Source: an uncultured Gammaproteobacteria bacterium (lineage in GTDB: Bacteria > Patescibacteriota > Patescibacteriia > Magasanikbacterales > GWA2-37-8). Taken from it: 64,000 nucleotides of DNA. Below, one piece after another: positions 9,169 through 19,222 of this stretch; within the stretch, counting starts at the first letter, position 1, and every line of letters begins with the position of its first letter. The translations under genes were made by a program, and so were the position numbers. The DNA is taken from NCBI GenBank assembly GCA_964540825.1, contig CAZINT010000003.1, positions 147,250-211,249 on the forward strand, written 5' to 3'. The notes under the pieces are model-generated. The model saw nothing but the letters and a program-made list of their open reading frames with translations, was not told the origin of the DNA and made no database searches.

Positions 9169-11421
9169 ATGAAGACACTTGTCATTGTTGAATCTCCGAC
9201 CAAAGCCAAAACAATTACCAAATTCCTCGGCAAAAACTATAAAGTTTTGTCTTCTTTTGGCCATGTTCGTGACCTGCCTAAATCCAAACTCGGCGTTGAT
9301 GTTGAACACGGATTTGAACCCCAATACAGCGTCAGCAAAGATAAAGCCAAGGTAGTCAAAGAATTAAAAGACGCGGCCAAGAAAGCTGATCATGTACTAT
9401 TTGCTACTGACGAGGACCGCGAAGGAGAAGCAATTTCGTTTCATTTGGCCCATATTTTGGATATTGAACCCGAAAAGGCTGATCGTATTACGTTTCATGA
9501 AATTACCAAAGCAGCTATTGAGCACGCGATCGAGAACCCTCGTCACCTTGATCTCAAACTTGTCGACGCTCAGCAAGCCCGCCGCGTACTTGATCGCCTG
9601 GTTGGCTACAATCTCTCCCCATTTCTGTGGCGCAAAATTGCCCGCGGACTTTCAGCCGGCCGCGTGCAGTCCGTGGCCGTCCGCCTCGTGGTAGAGCGCG
9701 AACGAGAGATTCAAAATTTTAAACCAGAAGAATACTGGTCTATTGAAGCCGTGTTTACGACAAAAGAAAATGAAGAAAAGAAAAAGGAACAAAGTTTCGA
9801 GGCAAAGTTAACAATGATTAAAGATACAAAAATAGATAAACTTGATTTAAAAAATAAAGAGCAGGTTGACGGCATCCTCAAAGACTTAGAAAAAACTACG
9901 TACGCCATTCAGGATGTTGATCAGAAAAAAACGAAGCGTACTCCCCCGCCACCATTCACAACTTCGACCCTGCAGCAAGAAGCCAACAACACCCTTGGTT
10001 TTTCAGCCAAGCAAACTATGCGCCTGGCTCAGCAGCTCTACGAAGGCGTAGAGCTTGGAAGCGAAGGTCAGGTTGGTCTTATTACCTACATGCGTACCGA
10101 CGCCGTGAATTTGTCGGACAAATTTTTGACGGAAGCCCAGGCTATTATTGGCACTGAGTATGGTAAAAAATACCAGCTTTCTGAGCCGCGCCGTTTTAAA
10201 AACAAAAATAAAAATGCTCAGGAAGCCCACGAAGCGATTCGCCCCACCGAAGCTCTGCGTACCCCGGAGAGCGTTGAAGCGAGCCTCGAGAAAAATCAGG
10301 CTAAGCTGTACAGTCTCATTTGGCGCCGCGCTGTAGCGACGCAAATGGCCGACGCCGAACTCAATTCAGTCAGCATCGATGTAGCCAGCAAAAATAACTA
10401 CGTGTTTCATGCCACCGGTCAAACCATTACCTTTGACGGCTTTTTGAAACTCTACCCGGACAAGGCTAAAGAAAATTTACTTCCTACTGTTACTGTTGGC
10501 GACACTGCTCAAGCCAAAGAAATTAAACCTGAACAGCACTTTACCGAACCCCCCGCCCGCTATTCTGATGCGAGCCTGGTTAAGGTGCTGGAAGAATACG
10601 GTATTGGCCGTCCGTCAACGTACGCCCCAACGATTGCCACCATTGAAGATCGCGGCTACGTTGAACGCAATGAACAAAAAAAATTACAACCCAAAGATAT
10701 TGCCTATCTGGTCAACGATTTACTTGTTGAACATTTCCCGCAAATTGTGGATTTTCAGTTTACTGCTCAGATGGAAGAAAATCTTGATGCCGTAGCTGAG
10801 GGGGACAAAAAATGGCAGCCGGTTATCGCTGATTTTTATACTCCCTTCAAACAAAATCTGGATGTTAAAGAAACCGAGATAGATAAGAAAAAATTGACCG
10901 AAGAAACCACTGATGAAGTATGCGAAAAATGCGGCAAGCCGATGGTCATTAAACGCGGACGCTTTGGCAAGTTCCTCGCCTGCACTGGTTACCCGGAATG
11001 TAAAAACACCAAACAACTCGCGAGCGATGACAAAACTCCCGCCCCCGCTGAGACCACCAGTGAAGTCTGCGAGAAATGCGGTAAACCGATGCAGATTAAG
11101 CATGGGCGGTTTGGCAAGTTTCTTGGCTGTACCGGTTACCCAGAATGCAAGAATCTTAAGTCAATCGAGATCAAAACCAATCTCAAATGCCCGAAATGTA
11201 ACGAGGGCGATATTATCCAAAAGAAGAGTAAACGTGGTAAACTATTCTTTGCCTGCAATAAATACCCAGCGTGCGATTTTGCGCTCTGGGAAAAGCCTAC
11301 GGGCGAGATGTGCCCGGAATCGAAAGACCCGCTTGTCTTTGCGACTAAGGGAGTTATCAAATGCAGCAACAAAGAATGTAGTTTTAAAAAAGAAGCTTCA
11401 GACGCCGCTGATGCCCCGTAA
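9169..11421 (+). CDS. topA: DNA topoisomerase I with C-terminal zinc ribbons
   Basis: LVIVESPTKA, ATDEDREGE, SAGRVQS, ITYMRTD, AHEAIRP, repeated CxxC zinc ribbons. Confidence 0.98.
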   Translation: MKTLVIVESPTKAKTITKFLGKNYKVLSSFGHVRDLPKSKLGVDVEHGFEPQYSVSKDKAKVVKELKDAAKKADHVLFATDEDREGEAISFHLAHILDIEPEKADRITFHEITKAAIEHAIENPRHLDLKLVDAQQARRVLDRLVGYNLSPFLWRKIARGLSAGRVQSVAVRLVVEREREIQNFKPEEYWSIEAVFTTKENEEKKKEQSFEAKLTMIKDTKIDKLDLKNKEQVDGILKDLEKTTYAIQDVDQKKTKRTPPPPFTTSTLQQEANNTLGFSAKQTMRLAQQLYEGVELGSEGQVGLITYMRTDAVNLSDKFLTEAQAIIGTEYGKKYQLSEPRRFKNKNKNAQEAHEAIRPTEALRTPESVEASLEKNQAKLYSLIWRRAVATQMADAELNSVSIDVASKNNYVFHATGQTITFDGFLKLYPDKAKENLLPTVTVGDTAQAKEIKPEQHFTEPPARYSDASLVKVLEEYGIGRPSTYAPTIATIEDRGYVERNEQKKLQPKDIAYLVNDLLVEHFPQIVDFQFTAQMEENLDAVAEGDKKWQPVIADFYTPFKQNLDVKETEIDKKKLTEETTDEVCEKCGKPMVIKRGRFGKFLACTGYPECKNTKQLASDDKTPAPAETTSEVCEKCGKPMQIKHGRFGKFLGCTGYPECKNLKSIEIKTNLKCPKCNEGDIIQKKSKRGKLFFACNKYPACDFALWEKPTGEMCPESKDPLVFATKGVIKCSNKECSFKKEASDAADAP

Positions 11422-11424
11422 CCT

Positions 11425-11922
11425 ATGGATCAAAACGTACTTACCCCTTCACCCACCAACCGTCGCCTTATCGGCATTATTGCCTTTGCTTTTTTGATTA
11501 CATTTGCGGCAGCACGCTTGATTGTCTATCTGGTTCTCGGGAAGCTGCTGCCCAACTTTTTTCTGACAGTACGCGGCGTGCATATTCACCATTTTACCTA
11601 CGGCGTATTTATTCTTGTCGGGGTTGGCTTTTACCTGCTTATGCGGCGCCCTCATATTGGCAGTCGCGCTTTTCGCTGGGCCACATTTATCTATGGCGTG
11701 GGACTCGGACTCACGTTCGACGAATTTGGCATGTGGATTCGCTTGCAGGATAATTACTGGGTACGTCAGAGTTATGACGCCGTCATCATTATCACTCTCC
11801 TTCTCCTCAATATCGCTTACTATAAATCGATCTTAAAATGGCTGAAAGAAATTCAGCACATGATACGCGAATACTTTTATAATGAGCCGATTTTGCCTGA
11901 GGATACTTCGGAAGACACCTAA
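11425..11922 (+). CDS. hypothetical integral membrane protein
   Basis: Four hydrophobic segments; GVHIHH and GLGLTFDEF motifs. Confidence 0.75.
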   Translation: MDQNVLTPSPTNRRLIGIIAFAFLITFAAARLIVYLVLGKLLPNFFLTVRGVHIHHFTYGVFILVGVGFYLLMRRPHIGSRAFRWATFIYGVGLGLTFDEFGMWIRLQDNYWVRQSYDAVIIITLLLLNIAYYKSILKWLKEIQHMIREYFYNEPILPEDTSEDT

Positions 11923-11952
11923 CTAAAAAATCCCTCAAAAAGGGATTTTTTA

Positions 11953-12015
11953 GTAGGCCTCTAAAGGAAAACCTTGATGCCAATGGTGATACTAAGGCCC
12001 GTTAGAAGAGCCTAC
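11953..12015 (-). ncRNA. candidate small structured RNA
   Basis: Minus-strand promoter TTGCTT-17-TAGACT (12051-12023); 63 nt hairpin whose ends pair (GUAGGC/GCCUAC); terminator at 11922-11954. Confidence 0.4.
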
Positions 12016-12225
12016 AAAAACCAGTCTAGCACAAAACTGTTTAAAAAGCAAGCTTTTAAGCCTAAAAAAAGCCCTTAAAAACAGCATCACCTCTGTTATT
12101 ACTAACAAAGGTGGTGTGTTGGCGCTAAAGTTTTGAACTTAGTATCACGACTACACTATAGCATATTTTTCGCTTCTTGTCAAGTAGCCCCGCCGGTGTT
12201 AAGGTAGAGCAGTAATGATTTTTAT

Positions 12226-13734
12226 ATGAGTTCTAAAATTACCATTCCAACCACCCTAACGGTTGAAGATTTAATCGAAAAAATTAAATCTTATAACCCT
12301 GGAGCTGATTTTGATTTGGTGCGTTTGGTCTATGATTTCGCCGCCAAAGCCCACGAAGGTCAGTTTCGCAAAAGCGGTGAACCCTATATCGTTCACCCGC
12401 TCTCGGCTGCTTATATTTTGTCGCAAATTCGCATGGATACAAATATTATCCTTGCCACCCTCCTCCATGATGTCCCCGAAGATACCCCTATAACCCTGGC
12501 TGAGATTGAGCAAAATTTTGGCCCTGATATTGCCAAGATGATTGAGGGTATTACCAAACTCGGTAAGCTCAAATACCGGGGCGTGGAACGCTATATCGAA
12601 AATCTGCGCAAAATGTTCGTAGCCATGGCCGAAGATGTTCGCGTCATGATTATTAAATTTGCCGATCGCATTCACAACCTGTCGACACTTGATTCACTGC
12701 CCGAAAAAAAGCGCTACCGCATTGCCCTTGAGAGCCTTGAAATTTATGCCCCGATCGCCCATCGCCTGGGGATGGGCGAATTCAAGGGCATGCTGGAAGA
12801 CTTGTCGTTTCGGTATGTGTATCCAAAAGAATATGAACGAACCGCTGTACTTCGTGACCGAGTATTTAGTGATGAGGAACCCTATGTTGAAAAAGTCATG
12901 GCGCAAATTCGCGCGGAACTCTTGAAAGCCGACGTCAAACTCCTTGAAACACATGGCCGCAAAAAACAGCTCTATAGCTTGTACCAAAAACTGCTTAAAA
13001 AAGATTGGCAGACTGACAAAATTTACGATATTGTCGCACTGCGTATTATTGTTGGCAATGTCGGCGACTGCTACGCCACGCTTGGCATCATTCATAAACT
13101 CTGGCGCCCGCTTAAAGGCCGTATCAAAGATTATATTGCCCAGCCAAAACCCAATGGCTACAAATCACTTCATACTACTGTCTTTTGCGAAGGCGGCAAG
13201 GTAGTTGAATTCCAAATTCGCACGCGCACCATGCATGACGAAGCAGAATTCGGTGTGGCCGCACACTGGCTCTACGACGAAAACGGTTCCCGCCTTCCTC
13301 AAAAAGATGTGGCCTGGGCCAAAGAACTTGCCCGTATTCAGCAAGAAATTTTAGTTAAAGAATCTGACCTTGAAGACTTGAAAGTAGACTTTTTTCAGAA
13401 TCATATTTTTGTCTTCACCCCGCAGGGTGACGTCATCGATTTGCCGGAAAATGCCACGCCGGTAGATTTCGCCTATCATATTCACAGCGAGATCGGCAAC
13501 AAGTGTAGCGGCGCCCGAGTGAACGACCAGCTTATGCCGCTCAACGCGAGCCTCAAAAGCGGTGACATGGTAGAAATTATTACTGATAAAAACCGCAAAG
13601 GTCCGAGCCCTGACTGGCTGAAATCGGTGAAGACGCATTTGGCCAAAGCACAAATTAAAAGCGGTCTCAAAAATACTTCGCTCAGTAATTGGCTCAAATT
13701 TATTCTCCCGAAGAAAGATAAAAAATCAATCTAA
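12226..13734 (+). CDS. rel: RelA/SpoT family (p)ppGpp synthetase/hydrolase (HD, SYNTH and TGS domains; short form)
   Basis: HEGQFRKSGEPYIVHP, LLHDVPED, ADRIHN, KDYIAQPKPNGYKSLHT, EFQIRT, TPVDFAY. Confidence 0.93.
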   Translation: MSSKITIPTTLTVEDLIEKIKSYNPGADFDLVRLVYDFAAKAHEGQFRKSGEPYIVHPLSAAYILSQIRMDTNIILATLLHDVPEDTPITLAEIEQNFGPDIAKMIEGITKLGKLKYRGVERYIENLRKMFVAMAEDVRVMIIKFADRIHNLSTLDSLPEKKRYRIALESLEIYAPIAHRLGMGEFKGMLEDLSFRYVYPKEYERTAVLRDRVFSDEEPYVEKVMAQIRAELLKADVKLLETHGRKKQLYSLYQKLLKKDWQTDKIYDIVALRIIVGNVGDCYATLGIIHKLWRPLKGRIKDYIAQPKPNGYKSLHTTVFCEGGKVVEFQIRTRTMHDEAEFGVAAHWLYDENGSRLPQKDVAWAKELARIQQEILVKESDLEDLKVDFFQNHIFVFTPQGDVIDLPENATPVDFAYHIHSEIGNKCSGARVNDQLMPLNASLKSGDMVEIITDKNRKGPSPDWLKSVKTHLAKAQIKSGLKNTSLSNWLKFILPKKDKKSI

Positions 13735-13771
13735 AATAAAAAAGCCGGTCGTATCTGCGACCGGCTCTTTT

Positions 13772-14623
13772 TTAATCTCCCAAAATTTTCTTGACAATAT
13801 CAGCCAATTCTTCAGGCGAATGAAATTGAATCGTGACCGATCCTTTGCCGCCGCGTTCACTAATTGTAGTCTTGGCACCAAGCGCCGAGCGCATTTGCGT
13901 TTCGAAGTACACAATATTTGGGTCTCGCCGAACGGCTGCACCACCCGTTCGCTTGGCTGCAGCACCCTGTTCGAGTTCGCGTACCGTAACTTTTTTACCG
14001 ATCATGGATTGAAAGGTATCAAGCTGATCTTTTTCGGTTGGCAGGGATAAGAGTGCCCGGCCTTGACCACTGGTAATTTGTTTATTGATGAGGGCGGCTT
14101 GAATGGCATCGGGTAGATCCAACAAGCGCACCGTGTTGGCAATTGCCGAGCGACTTTTGCCGACCTGCTTGGCTACAGCTTCTTGGGTCAAACCAAATTC
14201 ATCAATAAGGCGCTGAAATGAAACGGCTTCTTCAATCGGATTTAAATCTTGACGCTGAATATTCTCGATGAGCGCTACTTCTAATTTTTCACGGTCAGCA
14301 AGTTCTTTAACGATAACCGGAATCGTCGAACGACCCGCGATTTGGGAGGCGCGAAAGCGGCGCTCTCCGGCAATAATTTCGTAGCCGCCTGTTGGCAGTT
14401 CGCTCACGAGTATTGGCTGGAGCACGCCATGCTCTTTGATGGACTCCGAAAGCTCAGACAGTTCTTCAGGCGAAAATGTTCGACGCGGCTGGGCAGGATT
14501 CGCGTGGATATCCGACAGCGGAATTTGCCACACCTTTTCATCGCTTTTACCGGTCGCTGGAGTTTTGGGACGACCGTTTGTTGTGGGGGTAATGAGGGCA
14601 CCAAGGCCGCGACCGAGAGACAT
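13772..14623 (-). CDS. parB: chromosome partitioning protein ParB
   Basis: LGRGLGAL, QPRRTF, GVLQPI, IAGERRFRA, ENIQRQDLNPIEEA, HTH GKSRSAIAN. Confidence 0.96.
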   Translation of the reverse strand: MSLGRGLGALITPTTNGRPKTPATGKSDEKVWQIPLSDIHANPAQPRRTFSPEELSELSESIKEHGVLQPILVSELPTGGYEIIAGERRFRASQIAGRSTIPVIVKELADREKLEVALIENIQRQDLNPIEEAVSFQRLIDEFGLTQEAVAKQVGKSRSAIANTVRLLDLPDAIQAALINKQITSGQGRALLSLPTEKDQLDTFQSMIGKKVTVRELEQGAAAKRTGGAAVRRDPNIVYFETQMRSALGAKTTISERGGKGSVTIQFHSPEELADIVKKILGD

Positions 14624-14654
14624 AAGGGAAAGTTAGCAAGTAGAGCCTAAAAAA

Positions 14655-15434
14655 TTAATTGTTTTTAATTTGATCAAAATAATCTAACACTTCGCGTGTG
14701 AGGCGTTCGTACGCTTTAGCTGCTTTACCACTTGGCTCATAATGAAAAATACTTTTACCATAACTCGGCGCTTCAGCGAGGCGGACGGTGCGCGGAATGA
14801 CTGACCGAAAAATAGTATTTGGAAAATATTTATAGAGTTCTTGCAACACTTCTTCGCTGAGGCGATTGCGTGTATCAAACATGGTCAAAATCGCTCCGAG
14901 CACATTTAAATCTGGTTTAATATTATCACGTACCAGCTCGATCGTTTTAAGGAGCTGCCCCAGGCCTTCAAGCGCAAAGTATTCGGCTTGGACAGGGATA
15001 AGAATATGATCGGCCGCCACAAGACCATTGAGCGTTAAAATACCCAATGACGGAGGGCAATCAATAACAATATAATCGTAAGCATGTTTTATTTCACTTA
15101 AAATATCTAAAAGTTTTGATTCGCGGCCTTCAACTGCAACGAGCTCTACATTTGCTCCGGCCAGGTCGGGCGTTGCCGGCACAACACGGAGTCCTGCGTG
15201 CGCCGTATTCGAAATAACATCGTGGAGGCGTTCTTGCCCCATAATGGCGTGGTAGAGACCACGCGCCAATCCTTCGTTTTTGAGCCCAAGGCCAGAGGTT
15301 GCGTTGCCTTGTGGATCGAGGTCAACCAGGAGGACAAATTTGCCTGTTTCAGCAAGCCCGGCGGCCAAATTAACAGCCGTCGTAGTCTTGCCCACTCCCC
15401 CTTTTTGATTGACGACGGAAATAACAACGGACAT
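14655..15434 (-). CDS. parA: chromosome partitioning ATPase ParA/Soj
   Basis: NQKGGVGKTTT, DLDPQGNAT, IDCPPSLG, PVQAEYFALEG, LAEAPSYG; start at ATG 15434. Confidence 0.96.
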   Translation of the reverse strand: MSVVISVVNQKGGVGKTTTAVNLAAGLAETGKFVLLVDLDPQGNATSGLGLKNEGLARGLYHAIMGQERLHDVISNTAHAGLRVVPATPDLAGANVELVAVEGRESKLLDILSEIKHAYDYIVIDCPPSLGILTLNGLVAADHILIPVQAEYFALEGLGQLLKTIELVRDNIKPDLNVLGAILTMFDTRNRLSEEVLQELYKYFPNTIFRSVIPRTVRLAEAPSYGKSIFHYEPSGKAAKAYERLTREVLDYFDQIKNN

Positions 15435-15526
15435 ACTAACGTGAAGAATAGAAGTAGTCACCAGTATACCACGACGTTGACAAAATTCCAAAAGGAAACT
15501 AAACTGTGCTCGAGACGCACCATATT

Positions 15527-15610
15527 GCCCAGATGGCGGAACTGGTAGACGCACGGGACTCAAAATCCCGCGATGGCGACATCATGAGAGTTCGATTCTC
15601 TCTCTGGGCA
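15527..15610 (+). tRNA. tRNA-Leu(CAA)
   Basis: GCCCAGA acceptor stem, TGGTAGAC D-loop, CGGGA-CTCAAAA-TCCCG anticodon arm, long variable arm, GTTCGATTC T-loop. Confidence 0.95.
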
Positions 15611-15657
15611 CTAAACTAAATACAGCTCCTCACAACGGGAGCTGTATTTAGTTTAGT
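15610..15657 (+). terminator. long hairpin after tRNA-Leu
   Basis: ACTAAACTAAATACAGCTCC-N8-GGAGCTGTATTTAGTTTAGT, a perfect 20 bp stem. Confidence 0.7.
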
Positions 15658-15766
15658 TCTAAAAAAGAATCGAACCAAGGGTGGTAGGGAAAGCATTCCC
15701 CTACATCCTGAGGAAGGCACACGGAAACCCGCTGGTTGCCGTGAAGGAGCAAAGCGACACGTGAGC

Positions 15767-15782
15767 TTCTCTCTCTGGGCAC
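15767..15782 (+). repeat. duplicate of the tRNA-Leu 3' end
   Basis: TTCTCTCTCTGGGCAC is identical to 15596-15611. Confidence 0.85.
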
Positions 15783-15998
15783 ATACGAAATTTCTCTTGT
15801 TTTGTTGCACCTTAAAACACTCCGTCAATGGAGTGTTTTTTGACTGCTTACACACACTTAATCCCATGCTTAACGCTCATCAAGTCTTGACAAAACGAGA
15901 AATGTATCCCAGTATACGCGCACCAGAAAGTAGCGCGCACTAGATGCGCGCCTGGCCCTGTCTGCAGTGGTTTCTAAAAGAAGAGTGGGAGGATGCCT

Positions 15999-16355
15999 AT
16001 GCGATGGCTTGGAATTTTGTTTTTAGTAGCTGGCTGCGAGGCGAGCCAGCCAGCGCAGCCCGAGGCGCGAGACGGCGGCGCGACCGCCGACCTTGTCCAC
16101 CACCCTCGCTCCGATGGAGGCGTTGCCTGCACTCTAGCAGCGCCTCAAGACTGCCGCCTCGTCCTTGAGGGACCGAACTGGTGCTGCCCTGAGAGCGCGC
16201 TCTGCGGCGGCAGCGTGGGAGCGTGCGAGCCGTGCCCGTCCATGCGGGGGCTGCGCGAGCACGAGTCCGGACCAGGGCTCTGCTACAACCAGATCTGCTG
16301 CCCGAGCGGCCGCTCGTGTGCGGTATCCGGGCCAGGCCAGTACTTCTGCAACTGA
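15999..16355 (+). CDS. GC-rich Cys-rich predicted lipoprotein
   Basis: GGGAGG SD (15987-15992); MRWLGILFLVAG-C lipobox; many Cys including CCP repeats; TTGACA at 15887. Confidence 0.75.
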   Translation: MRWLGILFLVAGCEASQPAQPEARDGGATADLVHHPRSDGGVACTLAAPQDCRLVLEGPNWCCPESALCGGSVGACEPCPSMRGLREHESGPGLCYNQICCPSGRSCAVSGPGQYFCN

Positions 16356-16553
16356 CACCCCTCCTCGTTCAGCCGTTCTCTTCCCTCCTCCGGATGGCAG
16401 CCGCACCCCGATCGCTTGCCCTCCGTTCAGTGTCTAGACTTTTTGTAGGTACTGAACGCAAGCGGTCCTCTCAACAGCCTCTTACCTGGGGCTGTTTTGT
16501 TTTCTCGTTATTAACAAAAAATTATGCTATACTGAACACACTTTTATCACTGT

Positions 16554-17510
16554 ATGAATGTCTACCTGATTATTTTGTACGGCTATTTCTTGGTTGCCGG
16601 CGTACTTATCTATTTTTTTAACCGTGATCGCCAAAATCCGGCTGTTTTCCTAGGACAGCACCGCTCGCTCGCCTGGATACTTATGGGCGTACTCGTCTTT
16701 GGCATCATTTGCGGCGTTGATGCCCGGTTTATTGAAATCAATCGCCTTGTCGTGCATGAGGAAACTGTTGCTACACCTGATATAACCAAACCCATCCGCA
16801 TTGCCTTCATTGGTGATCTGCATGTAGGCGGCAACAAAAAAACCGCTTGGACACAAAAAGTAGTCAACAAAATTATCGAGCAAAAACCCGATCTCGTTAT
16901 TATCGGCGGGGACAGCGTCTATAATCATGGCGGAAATTTGGACGAAAGCGAATACCTGGAACCGCTGCGCGAATTACCAAAACATTTTCCTACGTACTAT
17001 GTTATGGGTAATCATGAATATGGTTATGCCGATCTGGGGTTTCAAGAAAATGCGGACCAATCAGCCGCGGTGATGCAAAAAATGAATGATATGGGACTCG
17101 TGCTCCTTAAAAATCAGTTAGGATGCCCGAAGGTGGGCAGTGAACGAGTATGCCTCTATGGAATTGATGACGTGTATCGTAATCAGGTTAGTTTTGACGA
17201 AGTGACCAAATGGAATAAAACTGCACCTTTAATTTTAGTTACTCACAATCCTGACGGTATACTCGCGTGGCCCGACGCAACTTCTGTGCCAGCTCTTACC
17301 CTCGCCGCACATACCCACGGCGGACAAATCTGGCTGCCGTTTATCGGCCCTCTTGGGCGTGTCCCGGTCCGCTTGGGCACGAAGTATTATCGCGGACTGA
17401 ACGACTATAATGGCCTGAAGATTTTTACCACTGTTGGCGTAAGCGAATCGGGCGGGCCGATTAGATTTTTGACACCGCCCGAAATTGCGATTATTACACT
17501 CGCACCGTAA
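16554..17510 (+). CDS. membrane-anchored calcineurin-like metallophosphoesterase (YkuE-like)
   Basis: GDLH, GGD, GNHE, HNPD, HTHGGQ motifs; two N-terminal TM helices. Confidence 0.92.
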   Translation: MNVYLIILYGYFLVAGVLIYFFNRDRQNPAVFLGQHRSLAWILMGVLVFGIICGVDARFIEINRLVVHEETVATPDITKPIRIAFIGDLHVGGNKKTAWTQKVVNKIIEQKPDLVIIGGDSVYNHGGNLDESEYLEPLRELPKHFPTYYVMGNHEYGYADLGFQENADQSAAVMQKMNDMGLVLLKNQLGCPKVGSERVCLYGIDDVYRNQVSFDEVTKWNKTAPLILVTHNPDGILAWPDATSVPALTLAAHTHGGQIWLPFIGPLGRVPVRLGTKYYRGLNDYNGLKIFTTVGVSESGGPIRFLTPPEIAIITLAP

Positions 17511-17633
17511 ATTAAAAATACCTCGATTTTATCGAGGTATTTTTTACGCTCAGTTAGTCTTTAACCACGAAAACCAAAAAATAAATACCCGTTTTTTACA
17601 CTTCTTCTTACAAATATTATTACAAGAAAAAGT

Positions 17634-18088
17634 GAAAGACCCACGAATGGGTCAGGCGGAGGATGACCGGCCGAAGCCAGGGTCATCCACCTGGGGGTGG
17701 AAGGTACGTTCGGCGCTACCGAGGCAGCGCGGGCGAGAGAAGGAGGGGCGCGGTCGGAGCAGCCGGTCCGACGAGCTGCCAGATACTGTTTCCGATCTGC
17801 ACCCAGTACGAGCCGGCGGGGGCGCCGGCGGGAAGGGTTGCAGTGTAGGCGCTGCTCAGGGCAACGACGTCGAGGGCGACCATGCCTCCGGCGACGATCG
17901 CTCCAACAGCGAGGAGGCCGGCGAGCGTAGCTCTGCCGTTCGAGCCGTCCGGCGAGATGTAGTCCGGGCGGCCGCCCGGACCGATGACGAGACCCCTTCT
18001 TCGAGCAGCTGTTACATCCCCGAACATGCTGCCGGGGCCACTCCAGATGCGGACGGTCTGGGGGGTGGGGGTGGTGGGAGGGGTGGGG
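17634..18088 (+). repeat. direct repeat copy 1 (3' end and downstream region of a class A gene)
   Basis: 17634-17955 appears identical by eye to 23910-24231 (offset 6276); similarity continues with mismatches and an indel. Confidence 0.92.
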
Positions 18089-18933
18089 GTGAGAGGAGGA
18101 TACCCCATTTGTTCCGGGCTGGGGAGAGGGCCATAGGTCCCATTGTAGCGCGGCCCACCTGGCGGCGGCGGAATCAGCGGAGTTGGGTTACCAGGACTCC
18201 AGACCCCCGAACCGGGCTGTCCGGGCTGCGGGCCAGTTTGGAAAAAGGCTTGCGGCCCGGTTCCAGGCCTGATTCCTGCCGGCGGCGGGAGCGGTGGCGG
18301 GAGTGGCAGCGGAGCTCCGGGTGCCCGATAACCCCCTGGTGGCAAGAGTCTGCCTCCGGGGGCTTGGTACCGCAGGCCGCCCGAGGGCGGATCGCCCCCC
18401 GGACAAGGCGGCTGCCCGAGTCCGCCACAGAAACGCGCACCAAGGATGCCGAGCGCTGCAGCAGCAGGAACTAGCAGGTTCAACGGTGAAAGTGTGCCTG
18501 GTGCGGCGAGCGGAGCAAGATCGGCGCCTTTTAGATCAAGGTGGTAGTGGTACTTCTCGAGGGCGTCCTGCATCTTCTCGATATCCATTTCGGGGTGGCG
18601 CGAAAGATAGTCGCGCACAGCTTCGGAGCCGATATGCCTGATCAGATTAGCCCGCGCAAGACGAGGAATCGAGCCCCACTCCTCAGGGGTATACCTATGC
18701 GGGGTCTCGATGTAGTCCGTTAGTCCGCACACCGGACAGTGCCCCTGGGGCTTGATGCGAACCAGCGGTGGCACTTCGAACACCATCACAGTGGCATCTG
18801 GCATGATCTCGGCAGGTGGCTGGCCGGCCTCGCGCATGCCCTCGTGGTTACAAATATGGGGCTGGTAGGCAAAGGCCCGCACGCTGGCGAACCAGCACAG
18901 CAGCATCACGGCCAATGTCACAATTCTTTTCAC
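17716..18933 (-). CDS. predicted secreted Pro/Gly-rich modular protein, class A C-terminus
   Basis: GTG start behind AGGAGGTGATC; signal peptide ending AFA; CPVC-containing variable domain; C-terminus GAIVAGGMVAL...PAGAPAGSYWVQIGNSIWQL. Confidence 0.85.
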   Translation of the reverse strand: MKRIVTLAVMLLCWFASVRAFAYQPHICNHEGMREAGQPPAEIMPDATVMVFEVPPLVRIKPQGHCPVCGLTDYIETPHRYTPEEWGSIPRLARANLIRHIGSEAVRDYLSRHPEMDIEKMQDALEKYHYHLDLKGADLAPLAAPGTLSPLNLLVPAAAALGILGARFCGGLGQPPCPGGDPPSGGLRYQAPGGRLLPPGGYRAPGAPLPLPPPLPPPAGIRPGTGPQAFFQTGPQPGQPGSGVWSPGNPTPLIPPPPGGPRYNGTYGPLPSPEQMGYPPLTPTPPTTPTPQTVRIWSGPGSMFGDVTAARRRGLVIGPGGRPDYISPDGSNGRATLAGLLAVGAIVAGGMVALDVVALSSAYTATLPAGAPAGSYWVQIGNSIWQLVGPAAPTAPLLLSPALPR

Positions 18934-19222
18934 AGATCACCTCCTGCTCGCCACGGCGAGCGTCGTTGTTTGATACCCTGAACAGAGTGCCGCCTCAAAC
19001 CAATAAGGCTGCTCCCACATGTCGTTCTTCTTTCCTCCTTTTTTAAAAATCAATCCAGTGACCAAGTACTTCCTGATCGCTAGAATATTATTTTAAAATA
19101 AGTATTTTTTATATTTTCACCCCTCTCGTTCAAAGTCAGTGGTTCCTTGTTTGTTTCCTAAGCATAAGAAACAAAGTGAGGGCGACTTTGAACGAGAGAA
19201 GAATTTGCAAGCCGCCCGGTTG

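Noticed and set aside
17485-18474. 329 aa plus-strand ORF and similar antisense ORFs across the GC-rich array
   Set aside because: Shadow frames of GC-rich genes; no SD, Arg-rich low-information sequence; the minus-strand ORFs have signal peptides and paralogy.
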